A stretch of 64,000 nt of DNA from Hyphochytrium catenoides (taxonomy: Eukaryota > Protista > Hyphochytriomycota). The notes beneath the pieces are model-generated. The model did no database searches, was not told where the DNA came from, and saw only the letters and a list, made by a program, of their open reading frames with translations. Position 1 is the first letter of the stretch. Each line of letters opens with the position of its first letter. The stretch spans positions 1-64,000 of the forward strand of contig FLMG01003914.1 of assembly GCA_900088475.1 (NCBI GenBank), given 5' to 3'. The position numbers were made by a program, and so were the translations under genes. Of this stretch, positions 30,892 through 44,634 are shown piece by piece.

Positions 30892-33218
30892 ATGGTGTAA
30901 CGCTAGCTCAAAAACAAACTGTAGCATACATTGGCCCTACGATCTGTTTCACGATTGTTTTCGGGTTGCAAGAGTACTTCATTGGCTTCATGGTAATTGA
31001 AAAGTAAGGAGTAGCGCTTATTTTCAGAGTGGGAGTTTCCATCAAAATCGGACGTGGATGGCGGCTTCGGATGCGAAAAGTGGCCGTAGGTGAAATCTGG
31101 CAGCCATAGGAAAAAACACACGAATTTAACGTAATATCGGTCGATTATCGGAGAGTAGTTCTTGATTGATTTAGGGCTGATTTGATCTTACTGATACAGC
31201 ACGCTTCCTGTATATTGTGAAACGGCGTCTTGGCTCTGGTCACTGTAGCAGAACAGTAGATCTATGTAGACGTGACCGGCGCTGGTGCCGGCGGCAGAAG
31301 CGGTGGGTCCTCCTCGATGATCTGGCAGCCCAGCAGGGTTAAGTGGTCATGAAGATTGGACGAAGAAGAGGTTGATGAGTGATGAGGTTCATCATCATAT
31401 GGCCGGTGCTGAGCTCGAACATCGATGGTCTCTTACACAATAAAGCTGTTGAAGAGGGTTGGTGGGATCAAGATGTACCTACAACGGCCGTGCAGCGGCC
31501 GAGGGCTAGCTGTTGTTTGCCAGGGAGCGGAAGGGGTCAACAACTCAGTTGTGTTGGTGTGAAGTCCATATCATTCTGTTAGCAATAGTTGACGTCTTCG
31601 GATCGTTGAGGACAGAAACTAATTGATCAACATCTCTCTTTTCCTCGCTCTCTCGTTCTCTCTCTTCCTCTTTATCTCTCTCTCTCTCTCTCTCTTTCTT
31701 CTTTGCTTTCTTTTTTGGACTTCTTATTAATGGAACGACAAGAGCTGAGGTATTTGGTTGTAAGTAGCTGATGGGTAAGGGAATGACCGCAATGCCGAGC
31801 ACATGCGTATGGCTTGGCTTCTTAGTAGGCTGTTCCATTTGCTGGCATTGTTGACTCGTCAACTGTCTAGTCCTTGACGTATAACCATTAATGTTATTAT
31901 AAACTATCGAGTGCTCCAAGCGATGGGCTCAAGAATGGCTCGCCAATGAGCAGTGACATGAGACGTTCTCATATCACGACAGTGGTCCATTACATAGCCA
32001 TGTCGCGCGACCGCTGATCACACCTGGGCATAAGGACTGGAGCGATGTTCTAACAGATAATGGACGCGTCAAATAACAGAGGAGACAACAGCAAGATCTC
32101 CCTCTGCCTTGCAAGCTTACTCTTTTATAGAGCCCCGCTGGTCTCTGCTTTCTCGGAAGCATCACCACCATCGCCTCTCACGGGAATGCACTATGCCGTG
32201 GCTGAACTCGCAAAAAGCGCTTGGAGAGTAAGGACAGCCTGTTCCCAACCCAGCACGTCACGAATAGATATGCCAGCCTGGACGGACACCAACAGCAAAC
32301 GAGCCTGGCTGCCATAGAGGAGAGATACTATCTGGTGCTCTGTGCTCTGGATACGACATGTTCGTCCAGTCCAAACTTCCAGAAGGATACACCGATCTAT
32401 ATAGGACTGTTCCTACAGCAACGCTATTGGCCTGACCTTTGGCCCGGCCCGGCTCCACTTCATTCAGCACCGCTGCCTAGCCATGCTCTCAGTAATAAGG
32501 GCGCACTCTTTATTACGACTAGGAGAATCGCATCAACTCTGCTAAGTCTGTCTGCTATGCGTTTTTCAAATCTGAGACCTCGGCGTTCCTGTCAAGCAGT
32601 CAAAGTACTGGCTAAGAGGATCTTCGTGCGTACTCTGAAAAATATAGCTATCACTTAACTTAAATAGGCTCTCTTGACTGCCAAGCCGCGTTTTACTTGC
32701 CTGCTCTTGAGTACTTTATTATAGCTAACTAGCTCGTCGCGGGCATCATCCAAAGAGGGATGGGCAGTCATCACCAGTCAATATATGCCACCAGCGTGAT
32801 GACTGCCATGGCTCTGCTTCTACCCACGGATCAACAGTCAACAGTTATGGACCCAGTAGTGGTGCCAAAGTGGGGTGCAGATGTACATGAAAGACTAGTG
32901 CCACCAAGTCAAAGGGAACGATATATGGCCTGAAAGCCCGACAATAATGCGGCGGAGTTTGGCGCAAAGCCATCACCCATGCTTGCAACACTTAGCTCAA
33001 CTGTTGACCATGTTTAAGAGTTGGATGGAGGACAAGTTTCTTCCCAGATGCAAAGTAGGTCCCCGTATCAGATGAAGAATCCACCATTGACAGAGGTGAT
33101 CGCTTCCATACAGTCTCGACTCCAAACAGTCCAAAATTGTGAGACCACTACCCTAAAGCTCTCTAGTAGTGAACAACAACTCTATCAAGCCCACGACGAC
33201 GGAGACTTACGCCTTGGA

Positions 33219-35624
33219 TCACAGTTCCATAGGGTGCTTAATAGGATTGAAGGGTACCTTTGGAACTTGAAGGAGAGTGACAAGAGTGTCCTCCGTGTTT
33301 CCCCCTACGCTGGCGTCCTGGTAGAAGGTGGGCCGGATCTGACTATAGACATTGTAGGTGTCCATGGCTGCAGCAATCTCCAGATCCCAATGCACCTTTT
33401 TCCGTATACTGCTATCGAGTGCCCGGATGAGAAACTCCAAATACCTTGGAGATATTATAACCACAGCGTGATGACCAAGCATGTTATAGACCCGGGCTAT
33501 ATTTGGAACAGTTGTGAACTCATAGGCCACCCCGAGGGAATGCCAGTAATGGTCCTCCAACCTCCGGTACTTTGAAAGACCAAGATAGACGGCATCAGCA
33601 TCTGCCGGAACATTGATTACATTGCGGTAGTGCCAAGCAGTGAGCGATGCGTCATCCTCTAGCAAAAGCAACGGTACAGATGAAGCTTCGTCTAGCACAG
33701 TTCGATGTTGTCTAAGCATGTTGACCATACTCCGAGCGCCTGAGGTAGGATAATCTCCTACCTCACCAATTTTGAGAGTGAAATGTGATATGCCCACCAT
33801 CTGCAACTGACTGGTGATATGAGTAAGTCGATACTGCTGAGTTGGATTGTGCAGCACGGCAACGTGCATAAGTCTGGTGAGGTTGAGAGACGATACAGCC
33901 ATGGATCTGCTCTGCGAAGGTGTACTCACATCCGATGTGTCCCAATTCAGGAGGGAGACCCGCATCGGATTTATTCGTAGCAGGGTCTGGCTTGGACCAC
34001 AAATTTTGTGCAATGAAGGCACGCTAAGGTCTATACCATCCCATTGGGGAGACCTATCCACCGCTCGAAGAGTTATGTGGAACCGATGGAGACACATCAA
34101 GGTGGCTTGGTTCTGGATCGCACCATCCTCCAGTCGGAAGAAGCCTCTAAGTGGATGAGGTTCACATGCCGTTGACAGTATCAGCGTCCTCGCCTGGTTT
34201 TCTCCTGCTTGTTCCTGGGCCTGTAAGCACTTTCCTGTCTCTAGATGTTGAAGGACACCACCAGGTAGCCATCGAAACCATGAAAAGGAATCCCTTGCGG
34301 AGCACATAGGACTTAGAATGACAAGAGCATTGTCCTGGACGCTGTCTGGGAGTATACATTCTGAGCCATCTAACACCTGCAAGAGAAAGGCCCCTTCCAG
34401 GTCCAGAGAAGACAGTGGATTCCCTTTGCGATAATCGGCTTGGGGAAGCTTTGGGCTTCCTCGTTCAGCAAACGTACCCCTCTCGATGGTAGGGGAAGCT
34501 TCGGGAATGGACCCATTTCCGCAGTGAGATCTACCAGAACTATCAAGGGGATTAGCCTTATTCAGGTGAACGATGTAGTAAGCCCTAAGTTCCTCGTCTG
34601 ACTCTGCTTCTCCGTATTCAGGTCTCAAAATCTTGTTAAAAAGGGGTTGACCCTCTCTCCAAATCCGTCCCTTCGTCTGAGACTCTGGATTATCAAGCCA
34701 CTCGTGGATAACGTGGTTGTGTGTAAGCATGTCGCAGACGCCGCTGATGTAGGTGCCGGACTGCCTGTTGGGCTGAATCCGCCTATACGCATCCTCGATG
34801 AGGTGCTTCATATCTGTCAGGTGAGAAATAAGGGCTTCCCGTCGACCGCCAAACATACCGACAGCGTAGAGCCTGTTGAAAATGCTTCTAGGTGGGATCA
34901 CTTCCTCAAAGCAGCCTTTCCAATTATGCTCTACCCAGTCCATCTTAGGCTTCGCTTCGTATGAGTAGAACAAGTCCTCTTGCCGAGTGCGGACCCATGA
35001 GAACGGGTTCTTCTGGTACACCACATCCGATATGTCTGTTAAGAAAGCATACTCTATGCTGGGGTTTCGCATAAGATAATGCAGGAACCCTAGTATTCTG
35101 TACTCCGTAGGCCAAAGAGCATCTAGCGATTCAGCAGAACAGAAGCCCGAGTGGATTAGATCTTGTCTATCAACTTTAACGAATTGAACATTGGGGCTCT
35201 GAAAGCTTGTCACGAAGTGGTCTGACAGGTCATCGTATAGCACAATGCCAAACAGCCCTTGTGCATGTACTGACTCATACCAACCCTGCATGTAGGTGTA
35301 TTGATCTTTGTAGCTTGGTAGTGTAAGGCGTTGAGGGTCTGCTTTATGAGTAAAAAATCCTGCCATGACAATGTCATGACGAGCGGCCATCGATGGAGTA
35401 GAAAGCCCGCCATCCACAGGGCGGTCCGCTCTTGCTCTTTCCTGGAAGTGTCCGTTCTGCAAGGAAGCGCACACAGCCGTGCCTGGTGGTCCACATGATA
35501 AATTTGTTGACCCCGGGTAGGAGAGCTCAAGGTGGTGCTTCCCTGGAGAAGATAGAGATTCTCCGCCACAGCGTCCGGCGGCCACTACGGCGAGACTAAT
35601 AAGATAGTACAGCGGAGCCATCAT
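33219..35624 (-). CDS. Intronless 801-aa secretory-pathway protein: glycosyltransferase-like domain + ricin-B lectin + GT25-like domain
   Basis: Signal peptide/anchor MMAPLYYLISLAVVAAG. Domain 1: FFTHKADPQR..GIVLYDDLSDHFV..YAFLTDISDVVYQKNPF. Ricin-like: ECILP..LSPMC..FRWLPGGVLQHLETGKCLQ..GAIQNQATLMCL. Domain 3: LLLLEDDA..VPADADAVYLGLS..RVYNMLGHHAVVIISPRY..HWDLEIA..PTFYQD. Confidence 0.8.
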   Translation of the reverse strand: MMAPLYYLISLAVVAAGRCGGESLSSPGKHHLELSYPGSTNLSCGPPGTAVCASLQNGHFQERARADRPVDGGLSTPSMAARHDIVMAGFFTHKADPQRLTLPSYKDQYTYMQGWYESVHAQGLFGIVLYDDLSDHFVTSFQSPNVQFVKVDRQDLIHSGFCSAESLDALWPTEYRILGFLHYLMRNPSIEYAFLTDISDVVYQKNPFSWVRTRQEDLFYSYEAKPKMDWVEHNWKGCFEEVIPPRSIFNRLYAVGMFGGRREALISHLTDMKHLIEDAYRRIQPNRQSGTYISGVCDMLTHNHVIHEWLDNPESQTKGRIWREGQPLFNKILRPEYGEAESDEELRAYYIVHLNKANPLDSSGRSHCGNGSIPEASPTIERGTFAERGSPKLPQADYRKGNPLSSLDLEGAFLLQVLDGSECILPDSVQDNALVILSPMCSARDSFSWFRWLPGGVLQHLETGKCLQAQEQAGENQARTLILSTACEPHPLRGFFRLEDGAIQNQATLMCLHRFHITLRAVDRSPQWDGIDLSVPSLHKICGPSQTLLRINPMRVSLLNWDTSDVSTPSQSRSMAVSSLNLTRLMHVAVLHNPTQQYRLTHITSQLQMVGISHFTLKIGEVGDYPTSGARSMVNMLRQHRTVLDEASSVPLLLLEDDASLTAWHYRNVINVPADADAVYLGLSKYRRLEDHYWHSLGVAYEFTTVPNIARVYNMLGHHAVVIISPRYLEFLIRALDSSIRKKVHWDLEIAAAMDTYNVYSQIRPTFYQDASVGGNTEDTLVTLLQVPKVPFNPIKHPMEL

Positions 35625-36300
35625 AGGATGATAGGAGTTATACTGAAAGACCGGTCATCTGCTTCTGCAGCACAAACACCCCGTCGAGGACGTAGTATCC
35701 GTTACCTTGACCTGCTGCTGCTGCTGCTGGTGCTGCTGCGCTTTTGCAAGCTGCCTCGCTCTTCCAGGAAGCAGAAAAAAAAACTTCAAGCAGAAACTTC
35801 AGACTTCAAGGAGAGAACGAAGTTCAGAAAGAGAGAGAACGACGGCGTTGTCTAATAAAAGACAGAGGAACATCGGATAGAACATCGCAGCTATCGTATA
35901 AACAGTAGAAAAGGTGAAATCCTAAACTACTGTTTTGTGACGAGAGAGATTGTAGTTGTACATGGTAGTGTTAGTGTGTTTGACGTACACGCAGTGCAGA
36001 TCCAGGGGGAGATCTGTAGTAGGCTAGCTGCTTGTATAGGTTGGTCCGTTGATTGAAGCTCCAAGTCCAAGATAAAATCTTCATCTGCCTTGTAACAATC
36101 TTCATCATTCACAGAGCTTGTCTGAAGATTCTCTAGCACTGTTTGTGTCTCGACAGCCTGGCCTTCTATAGCCCAATAGCGGTGGCTGCTCTGTGGCTTG
36201 CGGGTTGGCACTGGAGTCTTCAACCGTCTAGCGAGAACCAAGAAGATAGAAGAAAAGAAGCTGCGTTAATATTGGGTCTGCTAGCTTGTCGAGAGGGATA

Positions 36301-39170
36301 ATGGTCGGGGCTCGTATTGCCCTTATGCGTAAGGAGATACCCCACTAACTTCCTTCTATTTTGTAGACCTGGGTGCCCTTCGCGACCAGGCCGGAGTGGT
36401 CCGACGTTAGACCCGTCCCTCAGGATGATGGACCTGATCCTGTTGTTGCCATCCAATATTCGCCGCAATGTAAGGCTATTTCTAGTCCTTCCATCGTCAC
36501 TCATATAACTGAATGTCCAGTCATTGTCAAGCCTAATGAAGACACGTTCGACTTCTAAATGTCTTCCTCCTTTTCACTTCCCACCGTTCCGTATCGTCTT
36601 GTCTCTCTGTCTCACTCAATGACAGTCCGGGAGTCCATGGACTACTTCCGAGCGGTATTGCTGGCTGATGAAAGGAGTGAAAGAGCCCTGGGCCTCACTG
36701 CTGAGGTGATACAACTAAACTCCGCCAACTATACTGTCTGGTGAGACAACATCTCTTTCTCCTCCCTCTCGCCTGTCTCTCACCTGTTTGTCTTTCCATG
36801 CACTCCTCGCTCATTCTTCAGTAGACAAGAGAATGCTCTTTCTGCTCAAAGTTTGGCTCTGCCAATCCGCTCATCAGCATAAGAACTCTGCTCCAGCTTA
36901 CCTCCCATCTCTCCGATCATCAGTCGTTTGGGTTGTTGATTATCCAGTCCTCCATCTTTTTTTTGTTCGCTGCTCCAAGTGATCTTGTCCTTGTACAGCT
37001 GCGCAACGCGACGTCTGGACCGGAAAATTCACCGATTGCCACTGAGTGATATCCCTTCTTTATTCCAGGCATTTCCGCCGCTTGTGCCTTGAGCGGCTAA
37101 ACTCTGACCTGTACCGAGAACTTGATTACATAGAACGTCTTGTGGAAGAAAATCCTAAGAACTACCAGATCTGGTACCTATTCTCTAGCGTATAACCTCA
37201 AAGTTTGCTTGCTTGGTGATCCTCTCGTTATCAAATGTCCTTAGCTGTGACTCTTTACCTCAGTAACTCATTCGCCCTTCTACATCCTCAACCTTGGCCA
37301 CTCTCACTCGCTAATTTGAATTTATGGTACCACGCCCGTTCTTTCCTTACCCCGCTCGCTGGGCACATTTGGGGTCTTCACTTTTTGAAGGTACCACCGC
37401 AGAGCGATCGTCGACCGGCTGGGAGATGGTTCTCGAGAGCTAAAGTTTGTAGTGAGCGCCCTTGAAGATGATGCCAAGAACTATCACGCCTGGGCACATA
37501 GGTCACAATCGTCAGAGTGTTTCTAACTTCGTCTTATATCTCTTAGTGCACCTGTTCGCCTCTGGCTTTTGGATCTTATCTTACGCTTGCCTCTTATCTC
37601 TGACTCTCGCCCGATACTGATACTCTTCTGCAGACAGTGGGTCCTTATAAGATTCGGCAACTGGGTTGACGAACTGAACTTCATTGAAGGTATTCTTATT
37701 GCTTCACTCCTGAATCTGATGCTGCTGTCCTCATCTATTGAGTGGCATTGCTCTTCTTCTTTCGTCACTGGACTTAGTAAGGGGTATAGTGGGCAGGAGC
37801 GCAAAAAACGGTCACGGGTCTGGACTTATTATAAAGAGCACCTCATCCGACCATTGTTGGAGACTCATCCCTATCCCAAAATATTGTAGAGCTTCTGCAT
37901 GAAGACCTGAGGAACAATTCAGCCTGGAACCACCGCTGGTTTGTTGTCACGCACCTTAACCAGGTCAGCGACTTCTAGACCCAGGCCACCCACAATCCGC
38001 TATCCGCTCTGCTTCCCATTCCGCTTCCACCACTGGCAGAGCCTCTTTTCTTCTTAGTTGCCACAGCCTTTCGTAGAGTGTCCTCTTCCATTGCGCTTGT
38101 AAAAACCTGGTATGGCCCGCCGCCCCCATTCCCGCATCATCTACCTCCAAGACCGAGTTTTCTCTGTCCTACTAATCTTGTGCCTATACCGCTCCAGCCC
38201 ATAACCATAGAGGTAGTGCGACAGGAAGTGGCCTACGCGCTTAGCTATCTTGAAAAAGCTCCCAAAAATGAAAGCGCTTGGAACTATTTGAGAGGGTAAA
38301 GCTTTATAATTCGTTGCTTCTTTTCCTCGGACGTCGGCTGTGGCTTGTCATCCTCTTCTAAGCCATTGACTCTAAACCTCAATGTGTTCTTCCATTTTTC
38401 TCTTTGTACTCTCCTAGTACCTGCGACTCGTTTTATGCTCACTACCGCCCCGAGTCGCTCTCAACGCCCCCCCTGATGTACCGCAATCAGTACGGCCACT
38501 AACCCTTATTTCTTATGTATGGCCGTTGATCTCTATGGCAGGTGGTATCGGCATCCAATTAGCCCTGGAATAACAGCATTTCCAGACATCTTGGCGTTCT
38601 GCCAGCGGATAGACGTAAGAAACCTACTCTTTATTATACGGTGTCTTTAGCTCTTTGGAATCCCTAAACTCCAAGCAGGACTCGCTTAGTCCCATCCCTG
38701 ACCTAATGAGTCCTTCCATTATGAAGCTCTTACATCTTCTGCGCTCATCTTGGTACCTGTCTTGCCTTTGAATGCCTGCAGAACACGGTTACTCCTCGCA
38801 ATAGATTTGTCTTATCCACGCTTTGCGACTGGCACGTAGCCCAGAACACCGAGGAGGGCAACTTGAAGGCCCTGGAGGTAATATGGGACCTGGTTCTGGC
38901 ATCCCTTAGACTAAATTTCCTTTTGATCCAGTAAGAGCTGCTCTGTTCGTGAATCATGAGCCTTTTAGGTTCCTGCTGAGGATACTGTCAAAGTCCTATC
39001 TCAATGCGTGCCATTATATTTTATGATACAATTGCTCTTTCCTCTGCGTTTTTCATCTCATGCTGCACCCTCATGGTTTGTCTCAGTTATGCGACGAGTT
39101 GGCGACCAAGGTGGACCCCACGAGAGTGAAGTTCTGGCGCTATAAGGCCCACCAACTTAGGAGTGGCTGA
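36301..39170 (+). CDS. FNTA: Protein farnesyltransferase / geranylgeranyltransferase type-1 subunit alpha
   Basis: [56 protein letters not shown], and PPTA repeats [51 protein letters not shown]. Ends [11 protein letters not shown] at 39170. The start is uncertain: an ATG-only exon at 36301-36303 spliced to 36367 is assumed. Confidence 0.93.
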
Positions 39171-39380
39171 CGACCCAGATTGTACAAGAGAAGGCAGTTC
39201 TTGGATTGCCCTTTGTATAAAGTAAGACCTGCATCAGTTCACAGTCTCAAATCTAGACGTTGCCCCCAGCACTTTTAGTCGCTCTCGTTAGTGTCTGTTG
39301 AAAGATTCGACAACTCTTCTGGGTATGGCTAGCCCTGTCTTCTCTCTCTGCCACCGCATCTTCGAAGTAGGACTTTTAAC

Positions 39381-42300
39381 TTATGCGGTGATCTTCTGCC
39401 TCTTCCTGCTGGCCTCTTTAGATCTGGAGTCCTGATCTTCAACGTACACGTTCTGCTCGCTTGCTAGCTGTGTCTTCAAGAATTTGAGGCCTGCGATTGG
39501 AGGCGAGATGACGAGTGTAGGAAAGTCCACAGTAGGAGAACAATTAGGAAGGGACGTACACAGAGACAGGGCAAACAGAGCGCTCAAACAGAGAGTCTCG
39601 ATGGAGAAGCATGGGAGATAAACGCTGTCATCACAACACGTTATTCTCAATCTTTACCTGCTATATTATACCCTATGGTGTCCTGCTGTTGTCTGAGCTT
39701 CTCCCTAGTGAGCTTCCAGAGTGAAGTCAGGACGGGCAGCAGCGAGTTGTCACCGACGATCTGCAAAAGCAGGGACATTTAAATAAAGTCAACAGCACCG
39801 TGCCTCTGGATGAAGAGACAGACCTCATGATAACGTCTAAGGAGTACTTAGATATAAGCAGTAGCAGCTTTCCAATTTGGAAGACAAAGAACACTGGCAG
39901 GAGAGTGTATCAAGTTCTCTAGCCACAATTATTCTGAAAGAGTANNNNNNNNNNNNNNNNNNNNNNNNNNNNNNNNNNNNNNNNNNNNNNNNNNNNNNNN
40001 NNNNNNNNNNNNNNNNNNNNNNNNNNNNNNNCACTATGGCCAGTGTCACTTTAGCGCAGACTTCTACTCCCGTCACATTTTCACTCTGAAGTAGCTGGAG
40101 AAGAAGAGAGCAGATGGCTTGCACGGCGCTATAGGGGAGGAGAAGGAGAGCTTCCTCAATGTCTTGTGCTCGGATCTGGCGCAAAGTGTAGAGGATATAC
40201 TCTGACGGACTATGCCCAAGTAGTAGTACATTGGGAACGAAGCCTTCTCCCGCTTGGTCTGTTCCATGATCTTCTCTGGTCCCATCCTCGCCGGTGCTAC
40301 CCTTCTTCTGAGCTGAATAAGCTTGGAAGCGCTTTTGCTCATCCACAGCCATCTGTATCGCCTCCAACAGCCTCTCACCAGCCTTCAAAGTCTCTAGGCT
40401 CTGGAGGCTGGCTTTAGCAGACTCTCCTTCTTCTCCCGCAAGTTTTCCCTTCTCTGGAGCTGCGGCGTCCTTCTCAAACATCTCTTCCAGCTTCCGCTCT
40501 CTCTCTTCCTCAATGAAGACAAGCTCTCCATCAGGGCTTCTCTCCCAAATGCGCAGAGAGCGATCGTGAGAAGAGGAAACCACGTAGTCTCCTAACTCGC
40601 TGACGGCTAAGCTCCAGACCTCTCCCTTGTGGCCGTCAAGTTTCAAGATCTAGCAACACATAGCCATCAAACAACAGGGGTGTTGGTGAAAGAGGAACAG
40701 GCAAAGCGGTGTGAGAGCCGGCGTAACGGTAGACTCGGAGATATGACCCCTTGCCGCAGCACAAGGTCGGTCTGGTAAATAGACTTTCCCTCTACAGATT
40801 GGGTTTACTGGGAGCGAAGAGAAGAGAGATGAGCTGAAAGATAAAGGCTTGCAGTGAGAGAGAGCGATAAAGAATGGATCTCTGCTTTCTTTGATACCTC
40901 GTCATAGGTATCCCCATCCCAGTACTTGACGGAGTGATCCTTAGATGCTGTGAAGAAGTGATGGGTCCCTGGTACGAATGAGATGGCCATGACACTGTCG
41001 TCATGGGCAAAGATTGACTTATGGCAATCTCCAAAGTCCAAGCCCCTGGTGGAGGCTAACGTGAGATTTGAACGAAAGGGACAACCAAAGAGACATAACA
41101 GGCTATTCTTTGAGACGATGTGGGAATTAGAGAACAAATGACAGAGCAGAATGAGGGAAAAGCGTTAGGTAAGCCGTGGGAGGAGTGAGGATGCTATGTG
41201 AGCACTGTCTCATAAAACCCTACCAAAGCTTTACATTCTTGTCCGCTGAAGCTGTGGCCAACAGCTGGTTATCAGAGGAGATGGCCATGGCCATGACAGG
41301 CAGCTTGTGACCGTAAAGAGAAAGGAAGAATTTCAGAGAGTCTTCATAGAAGACCTTAACCGTGCAGTCTAGGAGAGAGACCGCCAGAAGAAGTGGAGAA
41401 GAGGATGAGGAGGTGGGAGAGGAATGGCTGTAGCAAACGCTAAGAACGTCATCCGCCATCTTGAGGGTCCGGGTGTGTACAAGGCCCAAAACCCTGAAGA
41501 GAGAGAAAATATGCAGAGTGGGATTATCAGGGCAGCGATGTACCAAGGCTTGGGAGAACGGAAGAAACAAGAGAGAAGAACACGACGATGGACGAGAGGA
41601 CGGGCGTGTCTGCATAGGTGCTCCAGCGGGGATAGACGTAAGGAGTTCGCACACAAAGATCCTCTACCTCTTGTTTGTCTGCTCGTCCTCTATCATCTCA
41701 AAGTCCCAGAACTTTACGTCTTGGTCTGCGCTCCCTGAAGCTATGCCGCGGCCGTCAGGGCGTTTAGCTATACTCCAAACTGCTCCACTGTGAGCGTCAT
41801 AAGAGGCAGAGAGCTCCCCAGAACCGAGGTCAAACACCTGGGGCGAAATGGCGAAATGGGCGCTCTCAACAACTGAATGGCCAATGGGCGATTAAAGAGA
41901 AATAAAGGTCTGCAGCACAAGGTAGGGTCATCAGTAGAGGCTGCACACGACAACTCAAACTTTAGGTGAACCCAGCAAGGAAGAAAGGAAGATGAAGGCT
42001 TGGCTACAGTGAATTGACGTCTTCCACCGCAAGCGCGATCGCTGGTTGAAAGCCCACTATTAGTTCACCTGTATCAGCCCGTTCTTGGTGCCAACGAGTA
42101 CATGTCGGTCTCCTGGTACAAAGACGGCAACCAGAGCGAGAGAGGTTGCAAGGGTGCGGACACACTGCTGATTGTGGGCGTTCCAAAGCTTCACCTGTAA
42201 GCCAGATAACGAGTTAGGGATGATGAGAAGAAAGACCGAAAGATTCTTAGCCAGTGCACCAGACTCTATACTCTGATCTCCTCAACAATCCGTATATAGT

Positions 42301-44603
42301 TCCGTTGTGGTCGCGACTAAACCTTAACTTTCAACTCTTAACGCCTTGGAAATGCCTCACCTCGCCGGTAGAAACCGACAGAATCAGCTCTCCATTGCTG
42401 CTTATGGAAACGAAGCGAACGTCGGATCGGTGGCCTGGGAGCGATAGCGTGTGCAGCCGTTGTGTCTCTGTCTCCTGAAGGTTTCAATGTGAGAAAAAGC
42501 TGGTTCTAAAGCCGAGAAGTGACGATGAGCAAGCTCAGGTCCCACCTTCTCCGCGGTCTCCTCTCCAGCAGCTCCTGGTATTCGGTAGACCTCCAGCGAG
42601 TTATTATGCAGTCCAAGAAGGACACTAGTCGACCCGTCCTAACAGAGCGAAGTATTAAGAGTTCTGAAGATATCATCTACCGGAGGACTGAGGAGATAAG
42701 CCGTGGCAGCCATGGCGACCAAGCAAATGTCAAACGGGGACAGAATGGTAAAGAAAATGGGAGAGGACAGTCGGCATTGGGGGAAGGACAATGTGTGTGC
42801 AGCGAGGTAGGGTTCGAAGGACGGAGAGAGAGATGCTCGCGAAAAGCAAAGAGCAGCGAGACAGAGAAAGAATGAGGAAATGGTGACACTTCAAGCTATT
42901 TCGATCAAAGGGGAAAGAGAAGGAAAAAGACTTAAGCGATATACCTTGGCAACGTCAGGAGAGAACGCAAATGATCTTATCTTGTGGCTCAACCTCAGCT
43001 GAGTCACGAGCTCCATCTCATCTTGTGCCTGAGGACCCGTGGGCTCCGACTCTGCCTCCTGGCTTTCCGCCTTTCCGTTACCTTCAACCCCTCCATCTTT
43101 GCCTCTCTGCTTCTCTCTTGCCCTCTTTTGCCTTCTTTGGATCTTCTTCTTGATCTCCGCATCAGTGCGGAAGCGGTAGATCTCCAACACCTTTCCAATG
43201 CTCTATGGCAGCGTTTGAGGCCAATGTAAGAAGCAAACGGCACAGCATCAGCTACCGATAGAATTGCCAACTGAGGATAAAACAGAGCTCGACAAGATGG
43301 ATGAAAGGTAGCCAACAAGAAGTAATAGCGCAACCGTGTCTCACCAGTACTCCTATGAGGGGTCTACTCTCGTGGAAACGGATCAACGTCGTCCTGTCGT
43401 TAGATCCTGTCTTGATGATAGAGCCGAGAGGAACGACGTATTCGCCCTCCTCTTCCTCTTCTCCTCCCTCCTTCTTGGCTTGGCCATCCCCTCTCAGCTC
43501 CCACAACCTCAAGACATTGTCTGAAGAACCAGAGAGGAGGCGCCTGCGCGACTCATCGTAGTCTAATGTCCAGATCTCACATCGGTGCCCTACACAGGTC
43601 TGCACGCAGTGCTGGGTCTGCAGATCCCAGACCTGGATAAGGTAAGCAACATACAGCAAAACAGTCAGGTCAGAACAAACTCTTGGGTTGGGGGGCACGG
43701 ATAGTAGTCGAAGAAACATTAGCGCTAACGAGGGACATCCACTAGGGAAAGAAACAGGAAGGCAAATATTAACGACAAATTGCACAGAGACTCTACGTGG
43801 CACAGAGAGTGATGCTACCTTCATCAGTGTGTCCTTCGAGACAGAAATAATGAGCTTTCTCTGTGAGAGGAAGACAAGATCTGTCACTGCATCCTTGTGA
43901 CCCCGCAGCCTAAGAGATAATGAGAACGAGTGAGTGACCATGGAGCAACCGGGAACGGTTAGGAAAGTCCAGAAAGAGAAGAACGTTCGCTGCCACTAGG
44001 CTCCAACATCGGAGCTCAGCCCGTTCTTGGCAGCCAGGAAGAAGAGGAATGATTGGAACAGTAGCATAATAGCGCCCTCGGTCACCTGAAGAGCCCTGTT
44101 TGTCCTATGAGGTCCCACAAGATGACGTCGGTGTCCGCCGCGCCAGATGCCAATTGAGTGCCATCCTCACTAAATCTTAGGCATGTGACTGCCGCTGAGT
44201 GTCCGTTCAAGGTTACAAGGAGAGAGTTCTTAGTAATGTTAAGCAACCGAACGCTGCCATCCGCGTATCTGTCGATGGAGACGAAGTGTCAGGCATCGTG
44301 ATAAGAACAAGGGGGAGATTAAAAAGTGAACAAAGCGAGAGACGCAGTGGAGTAGCAGGGCAAGAAGAAAAAGCCTTAGGCAGAGACATAGCGAGCGAGG
44401 GGGAGAGTGAAAGGTGCAACGGCGGAGGTGGGGAAGTGCGGAGGTTGCTTAACGTAGAGAGGCGTGTTTCTCAAATCCAAGCAGATTCAGCGCATGCCGC
44501 AAAGAAGCTAAGAGAATGTAAAGTTCGAAGAAGAAGAGAAAGGAAAGGCAACAGAAGGGAAAGTTGAGAAGAATAAGAGAGAGACAGACAGAGAGAGAGA
44601 CAC

Positions 44604-44634
<31 letters not shown>

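Noticed and set aside
33021-33575. 184-aa plus-strand ORF
   Set aside because: Mostly antisense to the glycosyltransferase C-terminal domain; TTG start and no recognisable features.
35927-36241. WICTACTSN, resembling a RanBP2-type zinc finger
   Set aside because: The second Cys pair is incomplete, no in-frame ATG is evident, and it lies in the short GT/FNTA divergent promoter interval; at best a relic.
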